DNA of 64,000 bases from Acholeplasmataceae bacterium (GTDB taxonomy: Bacteria > Bacillota_I > Bacilli_A > ML615J-28 > CAG-698). Of the stretch, positions 29,281 to 40,201 are shown one piece after another (the stretch's first letter is position 1; every line of letters starts with the position of its first letter). The stretch spans positions 50 through 64,049 of the forward strand of contig DUNF01000054.1 of NCBI GenBank assembly GCA_012839485.1. Direction: 5' to 3'. The position numbers were made by a program, and so were the translations under genes. The notes under the pieces were generated by a model. It did no database searches. It was given only the letters and a program-made list of their open reading frames with translations, and was not told the origin of the DNA.

Positions 29281-30543
29281 GTGGATTTAATTAGTGATTT
29301 AAAATGGCGTGGATTAATATATGATATCGTAGATGAGGAAGGCTTAGTAGCAAGACTAAAGGAAGGACCAGTTTCAGTTTATTGTGGGTTTGATCCAACA
29401 GCTGATAGTTTGCATATTGGTCATTTAGTTCCAATAATTACTTTGATGCGTTTCCAAAAATACGGAAATAGGCCAGTAGCAATTATCGGTGGAGGAACAG
29501 GATTAATTGGTGACCCATCAGGTAAGACAACAGAAAGATCAATGAACACAAAAGAAACTGTTGCTTTATGGTCTAAATGTTTTGAAAAACAAATAGGGCA
29601 CTTTTTAAAGTTTGATGATAAAACTAGTTTTTGTGTTAACAACTATGCTTGGTTTTCTGAACTAAAGGCTATTGATATGTGGCGAGATTATGGTAAATAT
29701 TTTAATATTAATATTATGATGCAAAAAGATTCAGTTAAATCAAGACTAGAAAGTGGCGGATTAACATATTTAGAGTTTAGCTATATGATTATGCAATCAA
29801 TTGACTTTCTAAAAGTTTACCAAGATCCAAAGATTAAATGTGAGATTCAAATTGGTGGACAAGATCAATGGGGTAATTTAACTGCTGGTTTAGATTTAAT
29901 TAGAAAAATTGAAGGACCTGAAGCTAAAGCCTATGCACTTACAATGCCTTTAATTTTAAAAAGCGATGGTACTAAATATGGCAAAACCGAATCGGGTGCA
30001 GTTTGGCTAGATAAAGAAAAAACTACACCATATGAATTCTACCAATTCTTTATTAATGTAGCTGACGCTGATGTTATGCAATTATTAAAATATTATACTT
30101 TCTTAAGCCATGAAGAAATAAACGCTTTAGAAAAAAGTTTAAAAGAAAAGCCAGAATTAAGAGAAGCTCAAAAAACTTTAGCTTGGGAAATGACTTGTTT
30201 AGTTCATGGACAAAAGGCTACAGAACAAGCAATTAAAGTAAGTGAAGCTTTATTTAGTGGTGATGTAAAAGAACTAACAAAAGAAGATATCGTTATGGGC
30301 TTTAAAGGTGTAAGGCAAGAAGAAATTGAAGAAGATAATATCTCTTTAATTGATGCCTTAGTTTTATTGGATTTAGCTCAATCAAAAAGAGAAGCTCGTC
30401 AATTTATTGAAAATGGAGCTATCTTAGTAAATGGTGACCAAGAGAAGGATTTAGAGTTTGTAGTTAAAAAGAAAAATGCTTTAGATAAAGCATTTACGAT
30501 AATAAGACGTGGTAAAAAAAGATACGGAATTATAAAACATTAA
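29281..30543 (+). CDS. tyrS: Tyrosine--tRNA ligase
   Basis: Class I HIGH (LHIGHL) and KMSKS-like (KYGKTESG) motifs, plus a C-terminal S4 domain. GTG start. Confidence 0.95.
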   Translation: MDLISDLKWRGLIYDIVDEEGLVARLKEGPVSVYCGFDPTADSLHIGHLVPIITLMRFQKYGNRPVAIIGGGTGLIGDPSGKTTERSMNTKETVALWSKCFEKQIGHFLKFDDKTSFCVNNYAWFSELKAIDMWRDYGKYFNINIMMQKDSVKSRLESGGLTYLEFSYMIMQSIDFLKVYQDPKIKCEIQIGGQDQWGNLTAGLDLIRKIEGPEAKAYALTMPLILKSDGTKYGKTESGAVWLDKEKTTPYEFYQFFINVADADVMQLLKYYTFLSHEEINALEKSLKEKPELREAQKTLAWEMTCLVHGQKATEQAIKVSEALFSGDVKELTKEDIVMGFKGVRQEEIEEDNISLIDALVLLDLAQSKREARQFIENGAILVNGDQEKDLEFVVKKKNALDKAFTIIRRGKKRYGIIKH

Positions 30544-30572
30544 AAAAGAGTCGCAAGACTCTTTTTATTTTA
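30544..30572. terminator. Bidirectional intrinsic terminator between convergent tyrS and trpS
   Basis: AAAAGAGTC-GCAA-GACTCTTTT with T-runs on both strands. Confidence 0.85.
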
Positions 30573-31563
30573 AACCTACTTTTTTATAGACTTTATTTAT
30601 TTTTTTAGAGGCAATTTTACTTGCTTCTATTTTTCCTTTTTCTAGTAAGTTTTTCAAATATTCTGAATTAATTAGTTCATTATATCTATTTTGAACACCT
30701 TCAATTTCTTTAGCAACAATTTCTGCTAAATCTTTTTTGAATTCACCATAACCTTTACCTGCATATTTCTTTTCGATTTCTTTAAAAGAAAGGTTAGTTA
30801 ATGAACTATAAATAGTCATTAAGTTAGCAATACCAGGTTGTTTTTTCACATTGTATTTTACTTCTCCTAAGTTATCTGTTACTGCACTCATTATCTTTTT
30901 CTTTACCGAGCTAATAGGTTCAAGTAAATAAATACAACCTTTAGGGTTTGGAGCTGATTTATCCATTTTGATTAAAGGATTTTGTAAGTCTTTAATTCTT
31001 GCGCCCGTTTTTACAACCAAACCTTCAGGTACGATAAATGTTTCCCCAAAACGATTATTAAAACGATTAGCAAGATCTCTTGTAATTTCTAAGTGTTGCA
31101 TTTGGTCTTCGCCAACGGGAACAAAGTCAGCATCATATAGTAAGATATCTGCAGCCATTAATACTGGATAAGTAAATAAAGCAGAAGATACTCCTTCAAC
31201 TTGTTTTTGCTTTTTATCTTTATATTGTGTCATTCTTTCAAGCTCGCCCATATAGGTCATACCTTCTAAAATTAAAGATAGTTGAACGTGTTCTACAACT
31301 TCAGATTGAATAAAAAGAAGTAAGTTTTCTTCTTTTAAGCCACAGGCTAAATATAAAGCAGCAACATCATTAATATTCTTTTTTAATTCTTTAGGATCTT
31401 GAGGAGTTGTTAGAGCATGTAAGTCAGCCACAAAAAACACAAATAAATCATCTTTGTGTTCTTCTTGAAGCTTTCCAAAATTTCTCATTGCTCCTATATA
31501 GTTACCTAATGTAGGTGTTCCTGTTGGTTTGACTCCAGATAGAATAATTTTTCTTTTTTCCAT
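30565..31563 (-). CDS. trpS: Tryptophan--tRNA ligase
   Basis: N-terminal …SGVKPTGTPTLGNYIGA… and a KMSKS-like KMDKSAPN. Confidence 0.95.
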   Translation of the reverse strand: MEKRKIILSGVKPTGTPTLGNYIGAMRNFGKLQEEHKDDLFVFFVADLHALTTPQDPKELKKNINDVAALYLACGLKEENLLLFIQSEVVEHVQLSLILEGMTYMGELERMTQYKDKKQKQVEGVSSALFTYPVLMAADILLYDADFVPVGEDQMQHLEITRDLANRFNNRFGETFIVPEGLVVKTGARIKDLQNPLIKMDKSAPNPKGCIYLLEPISSVKKKIMSAVTDNLGEVKYNVKKQPGIANLMTIYSSLTNLSFKEIEKKYAGKGYGEFKKDLAEIVAKEIEGVQNRYNELINSEYLKNLLEKGKIEASKIASKKINKVYKKVGLK

Positions 31564-31749
31564 TGTAATCTCCTTATAATTTTAAGTTTATAAACAACTT
31601 AAGTTTAATTAATTATTGCTATAAAAGTATAACATTATTAAAGATTAAAATCAATATATTAAAAACACAAAGTAAGCGCTTTACACTAAATCATTCCGCA
31701 ACCGTCTAATCTAACCGTTAGTATAAAACGCTTACATTTCAAAAAAATG

Positions 31750-31778
31750 TTGACAAGGTAAATAAATGCGTGTATAAT
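31750..31778 (+). promoter_or_regulatory. Sigma-A promoter of the opp operon (TTGACA-17-TATAAT with an upstream TG)
   Basis: Consensus hexamers. An inverted repeat ACATTTcaaaaAAATGT overlaps the -35 and is a possible CodY-type operator. Confidence 0.7.
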
Positions 31779-31826
31779 AGTAACAATCACATCAGAGTGA
31801 TATATAAAATAAACAAGGAGGAAAAA

Positions 31827-34208
31827 ATGAAAAAATTAACAAGTTTATTATTAGTTTTATTTGCTGCTCTATTGTTGGTTGGATGTTCTTGTGATCCAGG
31901 CGGAAACGGCGGAAACGGCGGAAACGGTGATGAGCCAGAAGAACAATTCGTAGGAGGTTACGGGTCTTTAGTAGACAAGTACAAGTACGAAAAAAATGAT
32001 GCAGTTGAAGAGGGTTTCATCTCTTTAGCAAGTAAATATTCTAATCCACCAGCTCAAGGAAAAGCAGGTAAAGATGGTTATGGCAAGACTTATACAGTTG
32101 CAGGAATGACGTTCGATATTAAAAACTATTATAAAGGTGCTTATTCTACAGATACAGATCAAGAGCACTTTGACTATTTAGTTAACTCTTGGACGTATAA
32201 CTCTGAAAAATACACTAACATGGTTGAAGGTTTAATCGAAAACGACAAACATGGTGCATTAGTTGGAGTAATGGCAAAAGGTTATAAGATTGAAGACGCA
32301 GATGGTGGAGCTAAGGAAATTTATACTTTCCAACTTCACGAAGGAGTTCAATGGGTAAAGAACGATACTGGTGAAGCTTACGCAGAAGTTACTGCTGACG
32401 ACTTTGTTTCAGGAATTAAATATGTATTAAATCCTAAAGTTGCATCAGCTACTGTTCAAATCGTTACAGGCCTAATTGATGGTGCTGCTGAATATTATGA
32501 AGCACACACAGTTAAAAATAGTGTTGATAGTTACAACGCAGATTCAGCTGCATGGATTGCATCTTGGAAAGCAGCTAACGGCTCAGAAGAAAAGCCAGCT
32601 ACAGATGAACAAGCTGCAGCAGCACATGATGCAGAAGTGGCTAGATTAGCTGAGTTAGAAGCACACTTAGACTTTAGCACAGTTGGAGTTAAAGCTAATG
32701 GAAAATATAAGGTTTCTTACAAACTTATTGAAAAGGTTCCTTATTTCTTATCTAACTTAACATATTCTCCATTCTTACCAGTTCACCAACCATTCTTAGA
32801 TGAAGTTGGTACTGATTTTGGTATTAGCGAAAACAAAATTTTAGTTAACGGCGCTTATAGAATGACTAGATATGATAGAGAATCTAAGATTGAATATACT
32901 AAGAATACAAAATATTTTGATGTAGATCATGTATATATTGACCACATTGAATTACAATATTACTCAGCAGATATCGCTACAAACTCTAAATTAAGAGAAT
33001 GGTTCGAAAGTGGTGCTGTTGATAGTTTTACAGTAAACGAAAATGACCTTGTAGGTTATGAAAAATATGTTACTGGACCAAATGGAACAGGTTCATTAGA
33101 AGAACCAGCTAACCCATTATGTAACGCTATCCCTGCAGTAGGTGAAGCTACATATATTGGATATTTCAACTTTAATAGAAAGAATTATGAATATCCAGCT
33201 GATATTCCAGCTAAAACAGAAGCTGAACAAAATGCTACTAAACTAGCAGTTAGAAATACTAACTTCCGTTTAGGTGTTCAATATGGACAAGATTCATTAA
33301 AATATTTAACATATTATAACCCTAACTTCCCATCACAATGGTTAATGAGAGGTTATACAGTTAGAGAATTAGCTACTGATGAAAATGGTAAGGATTACGC
33401 AGATCACGTTGATGAAGTTTGGAGAGAGAAACAAGGAATCTCTGGTGAAGCTTCATTAACAGGATTCCTTAACGGAAAAGGTTCTGTAGACCCAACATAT
33501 AATCCAGCAAAAGCAGCTGAATACTTTGCAGCAGCTAAGGAAGAATTAATTGCAGCAGGTCTAACAGAAGCTGACTTCCCAATCAAACTAGACGTTATTG
33601 GTACTAGAAACGCAACAGTTCGTCCTTATCAAACAGCTACATATGATTCAATTACTGAAAACTCAGGCGGAGTTGTTCAAGTTCAAATTCTAGTTCCTGC
33701 AGACGCAAACCAAAACGTACAATGGGGTTCAATCTTATCTAACTATGACTACTCATTATGGAGTGGTTGGGGTCCAGACTATGCAGACCCTAAGACATTC
33801 TTACATACAATGGTAGTTAATGGAGATATGGTTGAAATGTTAGGATTTGATTCTGATAGCTTAAAAGAAGCAGCAATTGCACAATTACAAGAAGAAATTT
33901 TAGGACCTTATACAGCATTATATGAATTAGGAAATGCTATTACTGATAGCAGCAGAATGAGCGAAAGATTCCGTAAATTTGCTGAAGCAGAATATGCTTT
34001 AATTTATGAATATGCTATTATCGTTCCTTGGTTATCACAAAACGGATATCGTGCAGCAGTTGCTCGTACAATTCCTTATCAAGCAGGAAGAGCAAGCTAT
34101 GGATTAACTTCAGATAAGTATAAGAACGTAGTTGTTACTAAGGGTAATGGTATTACTCAAGAACAAAGAGCAGCTATCGTTGCAGCTTACAAAGCTGAAG
34201 TAGATTAG
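31827..34208 (+). CDS. oppA: Oligopeptide ABC transporter substrate-binding lipoprotein (large, Mollicute-type OppA)
   Basis: Signal peptide with lipobox LLVGC (Cys at +21), then a GGNGGNGGNG linker. Sits upstream of oppBCDF. RBS AAGGAGG. The track ORF start at 31770 lies inside the promoter. Confidence 0.65.
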   Translation: MKKLTSLLLVLFAALLLVGCSCDPGGNGGNGGNGDEPEEQFVGGYGSLVDKYKYEKNDAVEEGFISLASKYSNPPAQGKAGKDGYGKTYTVAGMTFDIKNYYKGAYSTDTDQEHFDYLVNSWTYNSEKYTNMVEGLIENDKHGALVGVMAKGYKIEDADGGAKEIYTFQLHEGVQWVKNDTGEAYAEVTADDFVSGIKYVLNPKVASATVQIVTGLIDGAAEYYEAHTVKNSVDSYNADSAAWIASWKAANGSEEKPATDEQAAAAHDAEVARLAELEAHLDFSTVGVKANGKYKVSYKLIEKVPYFLSNLTYSPFLPVHQPFLDEVGTDFGISENKILVNGAYRMTRYDRESKIEYTKNTKYFDVDHVYIDHIELQYYSADIATNSKLREWFESGAVDSFTVNENDLVGYEKYVTGPNGTGSLEEPANPLCNAIPAVGEATYIGYFNFNRKNYEYPADIPAKTEAEQNATKLAVRNTNFRLGVQYGQDSLKYLTYYNPNFPSQWLMRGYTVRELATDENGKDYADHVDEVWREKQGISGEASLTGFLNGKGSVDPTYNPAKAAEYFAAAKEELIAAGLTEADFPIKLDVIGTRNATVRPYQTATYDSITENSGGVVQVQILVPADANQNVQWGSILSNYDYSLWSGWGPDYADPKTFLHTMVVNGDMVEMLGFDSDSLKEAAIAQLQEEILGPYTALYELGNAITDSSRMSERFRKFAEAEYALIYEYAIIVPWLSQNGYRAAVARTIPYQAGRASYGLTSDKYKNVVVTKGNGITQEQRAAIVAAYKAEVD
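31896..31925 (+). repeat. Tandem 9-bp repeat (GGCGGAAAC x3) encoding the GGNGGNGGNG linker of OppA
   Basis: Read directly from the sequence, immediately after the lipobox cysteine codon. Confidence 0.9.
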
Positions 34209-34311
34209 TATATAAATAGTTTATAATACTATTTAAATAATTTTAAATAAGGGGGGTTAATTATTTCGTAAGTAACCCCTCTTTGTTTTAATTATAAATG
34301 GAGGAAAAATT

Positions 34312-35538
34312 ATGATTTTACAAGCAGCAACGCATCCAGTGTTTACAGTATTTTTAACATTGGTGATTTTATGGCTTATAGGAAGTGCTTTAACTTTAAT
34401 ATATGCAGAATTAAGTAACGAGCAAAAAGGAAAACTTAAGGTAGCAGCTAAAAGAGTTAAAAAAGTACTTACTAACGAAACCTTTGTGTACATTTTAAAA
34501 AGAATTTTTTCTTCTCTATTTACTCTTTTACTAGTAGTAGTGTTAGTTTCATTATTATTAAGATTAATTCCAGATTATCAATTGTATGATGTTCCAACTT
34601 ATAACAAAATCAAAGGATCTAATCCTTCTGGTGCAGAAGCATGGAGAAACTTAGTACTTTATAGATATGGTAGAACTACATTAGATGGTCATCGTAGATC
34701 AGGTTTAGTTGGGGCACTTCAGTACATTTACTGGCTTTTACCAATTCCTAAGAAAATTCCAGTTACATGGGATACTAATTACACTAGAATCATAAGATAC
34801 TGGGAAGGTACAGTTTATTTAGGTAAAAGTATAATGTACCCAGATAAAGAAATCCCTCAAATCATTCGTGAAAGAATGGGTATTTCAATGCGTATTTCTT
34901 TGATTACTACGGCACTCGTTTATGTATTATCATATCCACTAGGTCTTGTAATGGCTAAAAAACCAGGTGGTGTAATTGATAAACTAGGAACAGCATTTAT
35001 CGTATTAAACTATGCTATTCCTGGATTAGTTTTCTATTTATTGATGAATTCAGTAATGGGTAAAGCAGACGGAATTTTTGGTTGGTTAAAAGCAGGATTT
35101 GTTTATAACGAAAATATACCTACTTCCTTAATCCCACCAATATTTTGTATGGTGTTTTTATCAATACCAGGAACATCAATGTGGGTAAGAAGATTCACGG
35201 TTGACGAATTAAATTCAGATTATGTAAAATTTGCAAAATCTAAAGGTTTATCTGAAAATCGTATTATGTATACACATGTATTAAGAAACTCAATAGTTCC
35301 ACTAGTAAGATCGATTCCAGGAACGTTATTATTCTCGTTTGTGGGTTCGTACTATGTAGAAAAAATTTGGTCAATTCCAGGAACTGGAGGAATATTAACA
35401 ACGGCTTTAACAAGAAATGATTTCCAATTAATCCAAGGATTAACAATGATTTATGCTGGTTTATCTATGTTAGCATTCTTACTAGGGGATATTATTACAA
35501 TATTCTTTGATCCTAGAATTAGGTTAAGGGCAAGATAG
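34312..35538 (+). CDS. oppB: Oligopeptide ABC transporter permease OppB (with N-terminal extension)
   Basis: BPD-transporter permease with an EAA-like loop; 408 aa. Confidence 0.8.
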   Translation: MILQAATHPVFTVFLTLVILWLIGSALTLIYAELSNEQKGKLKVAAKRVKKVLTNETFVYILKRIFSSLFTLLLVVVLVSLLLRLIPDYQLYDVPTYNKIKGSNPSGAEAWRNLVLYRYGRTTLDGHRRSGLVGALQYIYWLLPIPKKIPVTWDTNYTRIIRYWEGTVYLGKSIMYPDKEIPQIIRERMGISMRISLITTALVYVLSYPLGLVMAKKPGGVIDKLGTAFIVLNYAIPGLVFYLLMNSVMGKADGIFGWLKAGFVYNENIPTSLIPPIFCMVFLSIPGTSMWVRRFTVDELNSDYVKFAKSKGLSENRIMYTHVLRNSIVPLVRSIPGTLLFSFVGSYYVEKIWSIPGTGGILTTALTRNDFQLIQGLTMIYAGLSMLAFLLGDIITIFFDPRIRLRAR

Positions 35539-35548
35539 GAGGTAGCGT

Positions 35549-36553
35549 ATGAGAAATTTAGATAAATTTAATGTAGATAATTTACCTGGTTTTAATGGCG
35601 GTGAAGCTACTTTTGCTCAACTACCAAAGAAAGAAGAGTTATTTACTCTTGTTGGAGAAGATAAAAGTTTAGAGTCTGAAAGAATCGCTACGGCTCCTTA
35701 TTCATATTTTAAGTCTGTGTTTAAAGTATTCTTTAAAAATCCAGGAGCTATTATTGGTATCGTGGTTTTAGTTCTAATTGTTGTTGGGGCTATAATAATT
35801 CCTTTCTTTACACCTGAAGGGTTTTTAGCTGTAAATATGCATAGAGTTCATTTAAAACCAGATGGAGTACATCTTTTAGGATGTGATATAGAAGGAAAAG
35901 ACTTATTTTATGGAATATGGACAGGAATAAGAAAGTCTTTATCGTTAGCTGTTATTTCAGCTGGTATTAACCTTGTTGTAGGAACAATTGCAGGGTTGAT
36001 TTGGGGCTTTTTCAGAAAACTAGATGTTTTCTTTATTGGGTTATACAACTTAATTTCAAATATTCCTGGATTATTAATTTATATGTTATTAGCATTAGTG
36101 TTAAGAGCAACATTCCCAACAATGCAAGATGAAACAAGATTGATTATTTCTTTAACATTTACAGGTTGGGTAGGCTTATCTCAGTTTGTTCGTAACCAAA
36201 CGCTAATTATTCTAAACAGAGAGTATAACTTAGCATCTCACACGCTAGGCACTCCAGCGCGTAGAATTATGACTAAGAACTTACTTCCATACTTATTAGC
36301 TGTTATCGTTACTCAAGGATCATTGATGATTCCAGGAATGATTTCAAGTGAGGTAGGATTAAGTTTCTTCGGTCTTGGTTTAACGCCAACTAAAATTTCT
36401 TTAGGATCACTCATCGAAAACGGAAGGAAAAATTTCACGTTATATTTCCATGAGTTTATCTGGCCATCTTTGGCTTTAGGTCTTATTATTTTAGCGTTTT
36501 TCTTAATAGGTTTTGCCTTATCAGATTCGCTAGATCCTAGGAGACATAGGTAG
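35549..36553 (+). CDS. oppC: Oligopeptide ABC transporter permease OppC
   Basis: Permease fold with an N-terminal OppC-type segment. Confidence 0.85.
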   Translation: MRNLDKFNVDNLPGFNGGEATFAQLPKKEELFTLVGEDKSLESERIATAPYSYFKSVFKVFFKNPGAIIGIVVLVLIVVGAIIIPFFTPEGFLAVNMHRVHLKPDGVHLLGCDIEGKDLFYGIWTGIRKSLSLAVISAGINLVVGTIAGLIWGFFRKLDVFFIGLYNLISNIPGLLIYMLLALVLRATFPTMQDETRLIISLTFTGWVGLSQFVRNQTLIILNREYNLASHTLGTPARRIMTKNLLPYLLAVIVTQGSLMIPGMISSEVGLSFFGLGLTPTKISLGSLIENGRKNFTLYFHEFIWPSLALGLIILAFFLIGFALSDSLDPRRHR

Positions 36554-36560
36554 GTGTAAT

Positions 36561-38231
36561 ATGGCTTTAAAGAAAGAAATTTATTTTGTTGGGGATTTAG
36601 AGTTTTTAGAAACTGAGTTTAATAGTAAGTTAACTAGTAAGATTTACAAAGAATATTACAAACTTGCAAGTAAACAAGTTCCTGTACAATTGACTGTTGA
36701 TGGTATTGATTTGATTGTTTGGGATCCAAAAGAAAATTTACAACTTTATAAAGGAGACGAAATTCTTCAAAATCTTCGTATTTATACAGATTTAATTGTT
36801 GTTGTAAATTTATTTAAATATCAAGATCAACCAGACTTACCTTGTCAAAGATTGTTACAACAACGACTAACAAGTTGTGTTTACTTAGTAGTAGAAAGTA
36901 AAGAAGAGGAAGAAAGTTCTGTAAGGTTTACAGAAGATAGTATCATTTTTAGTGATGGTTATGTTATTAAAGAACAAAGTAAGGAATATTGTCCTAACTG
37001 CCGTGCTAAACTTGATCCAAATAGAAAAGATAAAGAAGTTTGCCAATATTGTAATGCTGTTTTGGAAGATTTATTCTATCGTCAACGTGGTTTAGATAAT
37101 AATCAATTATTTAAAAAACGTAAAAAACTTAAGAAAAGTGAGATTGAATTAAAGAGTCCAGGACAAGTACAAAATGGTGAAAAAATTATAGAAATTAAAC
37201 ACTTAGAAGTTCGTTTCTCTGTTCGTGGTAAAGTATTAACTGCAATTAGAAATGTTTCATTAGATATTATTAAAGGTGAAATTATTGCGATTGTAGGTGA
37301 ATCGGGTTCAGGAAAATCAGTAACTACTAAGACATTAAATGGAATGTTAGAAGAAAACGGAAGAGTTTCTGATGGAGTTATTAATTACGCAGGTGTAGAC
37401 CTTGCTAAATTTTCATCAGACGTTGAATGGTTAAACATTCGTGGTAAAAGAATTGCAATGATTTTCCAAGATCCACTTACTTCACTAAATCCTTTAAGAA
37501 GAATTGGTAGCCAAATTGCAGAGGTTATTAAAATTCATAGAGGATTAAGTAAGGCTGAAGCAAAAGAGGAAGCTATTAGTTTATTAAAAAGAGTAGGAAT
37601 CCCTAATGCAGAAAAAAGATATACGGATTATCCATTCCAATTTTCTGGAGGTATGAGACAAAGAGTAGTTATCGCTATTGCTCTTGCTTGTTCACCAGAT
37701 ATCTTAATTTGTGATGAACCTACTACAGCTCTAGACGTTACTATTCAAGCACAAATCCTAGATTTAATTAAAGAGTTAAAAGATGAATATGGTTTTACTG
37801 TAATATTTATTACTCATGACTTAGGTGTTGTTGCTGAGATTGCAGATAGAGTAGCAGTTATGTATGCAGGTCAAATTATTGAACTTGGTACTGCTAATGA
37901 TATCTTTTACAATCCACAACATCCTTATACTTGGGCATTACTTTCTTCATTACCTCAATTAGGTCAAAAAGGAGAAAAGTTATACTCAATTCCAGGAACA
38001 CCACCAAGTTTATTTAATCGTATTCATGGTGACGCTTTTGCACCAAGAAATAGTTTTGCATTAAAAGTCGATTTTGTAGAGGAAGCTCCGCTATTTAAAG
38101 TAGGAGGTCAACACTATGCGAAAACATGGTTGTTAGACCCAAGAGCTCCTAAAGTAGAAAGACCAAAGATTATTTCTGAAATTCCAGCAAGAGTTGCTGC
38201 AATTTATGGAGGAGGTGAAAAAGTTGAATAA
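36561..38231 (+). CDS. oppD: Oligopeptide ABC transporter ATPase OppD with ~200-aa N-terminal cytoplasmic extension containing a zinc ribbon
   Basis: Walker [17 protein letters not shown] and a C-terminal oligopeptide/dipeptide ABC domain. The N-terminal extension carries CPNCRAK…CQYCNAV. Confidence 0.85.
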   Translation: MALKKEIYFVGDLEFLETEFNSKLTSKIYKEYYKLASKQVPVQLTVDGIDLIVWDPKENLQLYKGDEILQNLRIYTDLIVVVNLFKYQDQPDLPCQRLLQQRLTSCVYLVVESKEEEESSVRFTEDSIIFSDGYVIKEQSKEYCPNCRAKLDPNRKDKEVCQYCNAVLEDLFYRQRGLDNNQLFKKRKKLKKSEIELKSPGQVQNGEKIIEIKHLEVRFSVRGKVLTAIRNVSLDIIKGEIIAIVGESGSGKSVTTKTLNGMLEENGRVSDGVINYAGVDLAKFSSDVEWLNIRGKRIAMIFQDPLTSLNPLRRIGSQIAEVIKIHRGLSKAEAKEEAISLLKRVGIPNAEKRYTDYPFQFSGGMRQRVVIAIALACSPDILICDEPTTALDVTIQAQILDLIKELKDEYGFTVIFITHDLGVVAEIADRVAVMYAGQIIELGTANDIFYNPQHPYTWALLSSLPQLGQKGEKLYSIPGTPPSLFNRIHGDAFAPRNSFALKVDFVEEAPLFKVGGQHYAKTWLLDPRAPKVERPKIISEIPARVAAIYGGGEKVE

Positions 38232-39768
38232 ACAAGAGAACAAACCTCTAAATCCATTTCAACCTGCATTATTGAAAGCTAAAGCCAAAGCCAAATTAAA
38301 AGAAAAAGGCATTGGAGAGCCAATGGCCGTTTCATTTGTAACAGCATTGTTGAGTTTTCCTGTTTTAGGTTTTGGTCCAGTTAATGTTGGAAATCGTAGC
38401 TATTATTTAAATTTAGTTCGTGGTAAAGAAGTTAAATTTAATAGTTTATTTGAAGGCTTTAAAAAAGAACATTTTGTTCGTAATTTATTATTAGGTCTAT
38501 TCAAAACAATTTATTTAGCTTTTTGGACAGTATTACTTGTAATCCCAGGAATCTTTAAGTGGTATTCATATTGCTTAGCTCCATACTTAGTACTTGATCG
38601 TCCAGAATTATCAGGTAATGGATCTATTAATATGAGTAAGGCAGTTATGTATGGTTCATATCGCTTACGTTTATTTAAACTCCACTTAAGTTTTATTGGT
38701 TGGCTTTTATTAAGCTTACTAACTGGCGGAATATTACTATTATGGGTAATTCCTTATATTCAAATGGCTGAAGCATATTTCTATGAGGAAGTTTCTAAAA
38801 TTGAGTTTCCAGAAAGAACTAAAGTTATAAGACATGAAGACTCAAAAGATGATCGCGAAGTGTTACTAGAAGTTCAAGACGTTGATATCTATTTCAAAGT
38901 GGGAAAATTTACTGTAAAAGCATGTAACCACTTAAATTTCAAAGTGTACAAAGGGGAAACATTTGGCTTAGTAGGGGAATCAGGTTCGGGTAAAACAACA
39001 ATTACTAGAGCAATTATAGGTATTAACGAATTAACACATGGTAGAATTTTATTTAAAGGTCAAGATATTTCGCGTATTAAAGATAAAGAAGGAAAGAAAA
39101 ATCTAAAGAAAAACATTCAAATGATTTTCCAAGATCCAACTGCTTCTTTAAATGAAAGAGCAAATATTGACTATATTGTTTCTGAAGGTTTATATAACTT
39201 CCACTTATTTGAAAATGATGAAGATAGACATAATAAAGTAGTTAAAGCTATGAAAGATGTAGGTTTATTACCTGAACACTTATCTCGTTATCCACATGAG
39301 TTCAGTGGAGGGCAAAAACAAAGAATTGGTATTGCTAGAGCTTTGATTGTTGAACCAGAATTAGTTTTAGCTGATGAACCTATTTCTTCACTTGACGTTT
39401 CAATTAGAGCTCAAGTATTGAATCTATTAAGAGACTTACAAGAACAAAACAACTTAACATATATCTTCATTGCTCATGACTTATCAATTATTAAGTACAT
39501 TTCTGATAGGATAGCGGTAATGCATCAAGGATATGTTGTGGAACTTGGAACAGCGGAAGCTATTTATTCAAATCCAGTTCACCCATATACTAAATCATTA
39601 TTAACTGCAATTCCTCAACCAGATCCAAAGAGTAAAGATGATCGTGTGAAAGTTATTTATAATAAGGGTAATATGGATTACGAAAAGATGGATTGGATTG
39701 AAGTAGTTCCAGAACACTTCGTTTTGGGTACACCAGAACTAATTAAAAAGTGGACTAAGAAAAAATAA
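38206..39768 (+). CDS. oppF: Oligopeptide ABC transporter ATPase OppF fused to an N-terminal ~200-aa integral membrane domain
   Basis: Walker A GESGSGKTT, FSGGQKQRIGIAR and a C-terminal opp domain. The N-terminal domain has 3-4 TM helices. The start is uncertain among ATG 38206, GTG 38215 and TTG 38224. Confidence 0.8.
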   Translation: MEEVKKLNKQENKPLNPFQPALLKAKAKAKLKEKGIGEPMAVSFVTALLSFPVLGFGPVNVGNRSYYLNLVRGKEVKFNSLFEGFKKEHFVRNLLLGLFKTIYLAFWTVLLVIPGIFKWYSYCLAPYLVLDRPELSGNGSINMSKAVMYGSYRLRLFKLHLSFIGWLLLSLLTGGILLLWVIPYIQMAEAYFYEEVSKIEFPERTKVIRHEDSKDDREVLLEVQDVDIYFKVGKFTVKACNHLNFKVYKGETFGLVGESGSGKTTITRAIIGINELTHGRILFKGQDISRIKDKEGKKNLKKNIQMIFQDPTASLNERANIDYIVSEGLYNFHLFENDEDRHNKVVKAMKDVGLLPEHLSRYPHEFSGGQKQRIGIARALIVEPELVLADEPISSLDVSIRAQVLNLLRDLQEQNNLTYIFIAHDLSIIKYISDRIAVMHQGYVVELGTAEAIYSNPVHPYTKSLLTAIPQPDPKSKDDRVKVIYNKGNMDYEKMDWIEVVPEHFVLGTPELIKKWTKKK

Positions 39769-39782
39769 TCCTAAGTTTATAA

Positions 39783-39811
39783 AAAAGCATTCGTTTTCGA
39801 ATGCTTTTTTC
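39783..39811 (+). terminator. Intrinsic terminator after oppF
   Basis: AAAAGCATTCG-TTTT-CGAATGCTTTTTT. Confidence 0.85.
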
Positions 39812-39864
39812 CTTTAATATTTTAATGAAATGTTGTATAATATAAAACATAAGAGGTAGAGAAT

Positions 39865-40200
39865 ATGAATACAAATAAAACAATTACACAAGTTGGAATT
39901 ATATTGGTACTTGTAATAATGCCATTAGCTATAGGTATTCCTTTATTTTTAGCAAATAGGGATAGACCGGAATTTCTTGAAGTCCCTTTAGCTATTTTTG
40001 GAGTATTTGAACTTTTGGTACTTACTGTAAGAATACAAGTCCGTGATAATAAAAAAAGAAAGGCAGGAAATCTTAAAGAAGATAAAGATAGTGAAGAATA
40101 TCAAAGTCATGTAAATTTTAGAAAAATTATTCTTATTTCAGCATTTATAAACTTAGCATTATCTTTAGTGGCTTTCTGGATTTTTGGTAGAGGCGTTTAG
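39865..40200 (+). CDS. Small hypothetical membrane protein (2-3 TM)
   Basis: ORF with hydrophobic helices; no recognisable similarity; sits immediately upstream of the LRR protein. Confidence 0.35.
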   Translation: MNTNKTITQVGIILVLVIMPLAIGIPLFLANRDRPEFLEVPLAIFGVFELLVLTVRIQVRDNKKRKAGNLKEDKDSEEYQSHVNFRKIILISAFINLALSLVAFWIFGRGV

Positions 40201-40201
40201 T

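Noticed and set aside
31770-31826. Track ORF start of oppA at 31770 (MYNSNNHIRV…)
   Set aside because: This ATG lies inside the -10 region of the opp promoter. The lipoprotein signal peptide starts at ATG 31827, preceded by AAGGAGG.
31896-31925. GGCGGAAAC x3 tandem repeat as a possible regulatory or CRISPR-like element
   Set aside because: It lies in-frame inside oppA and encodes the Gly-Gly-Asn linker after the lipobox. It is a simple coding tandem repeat, though it could vary by slippage.
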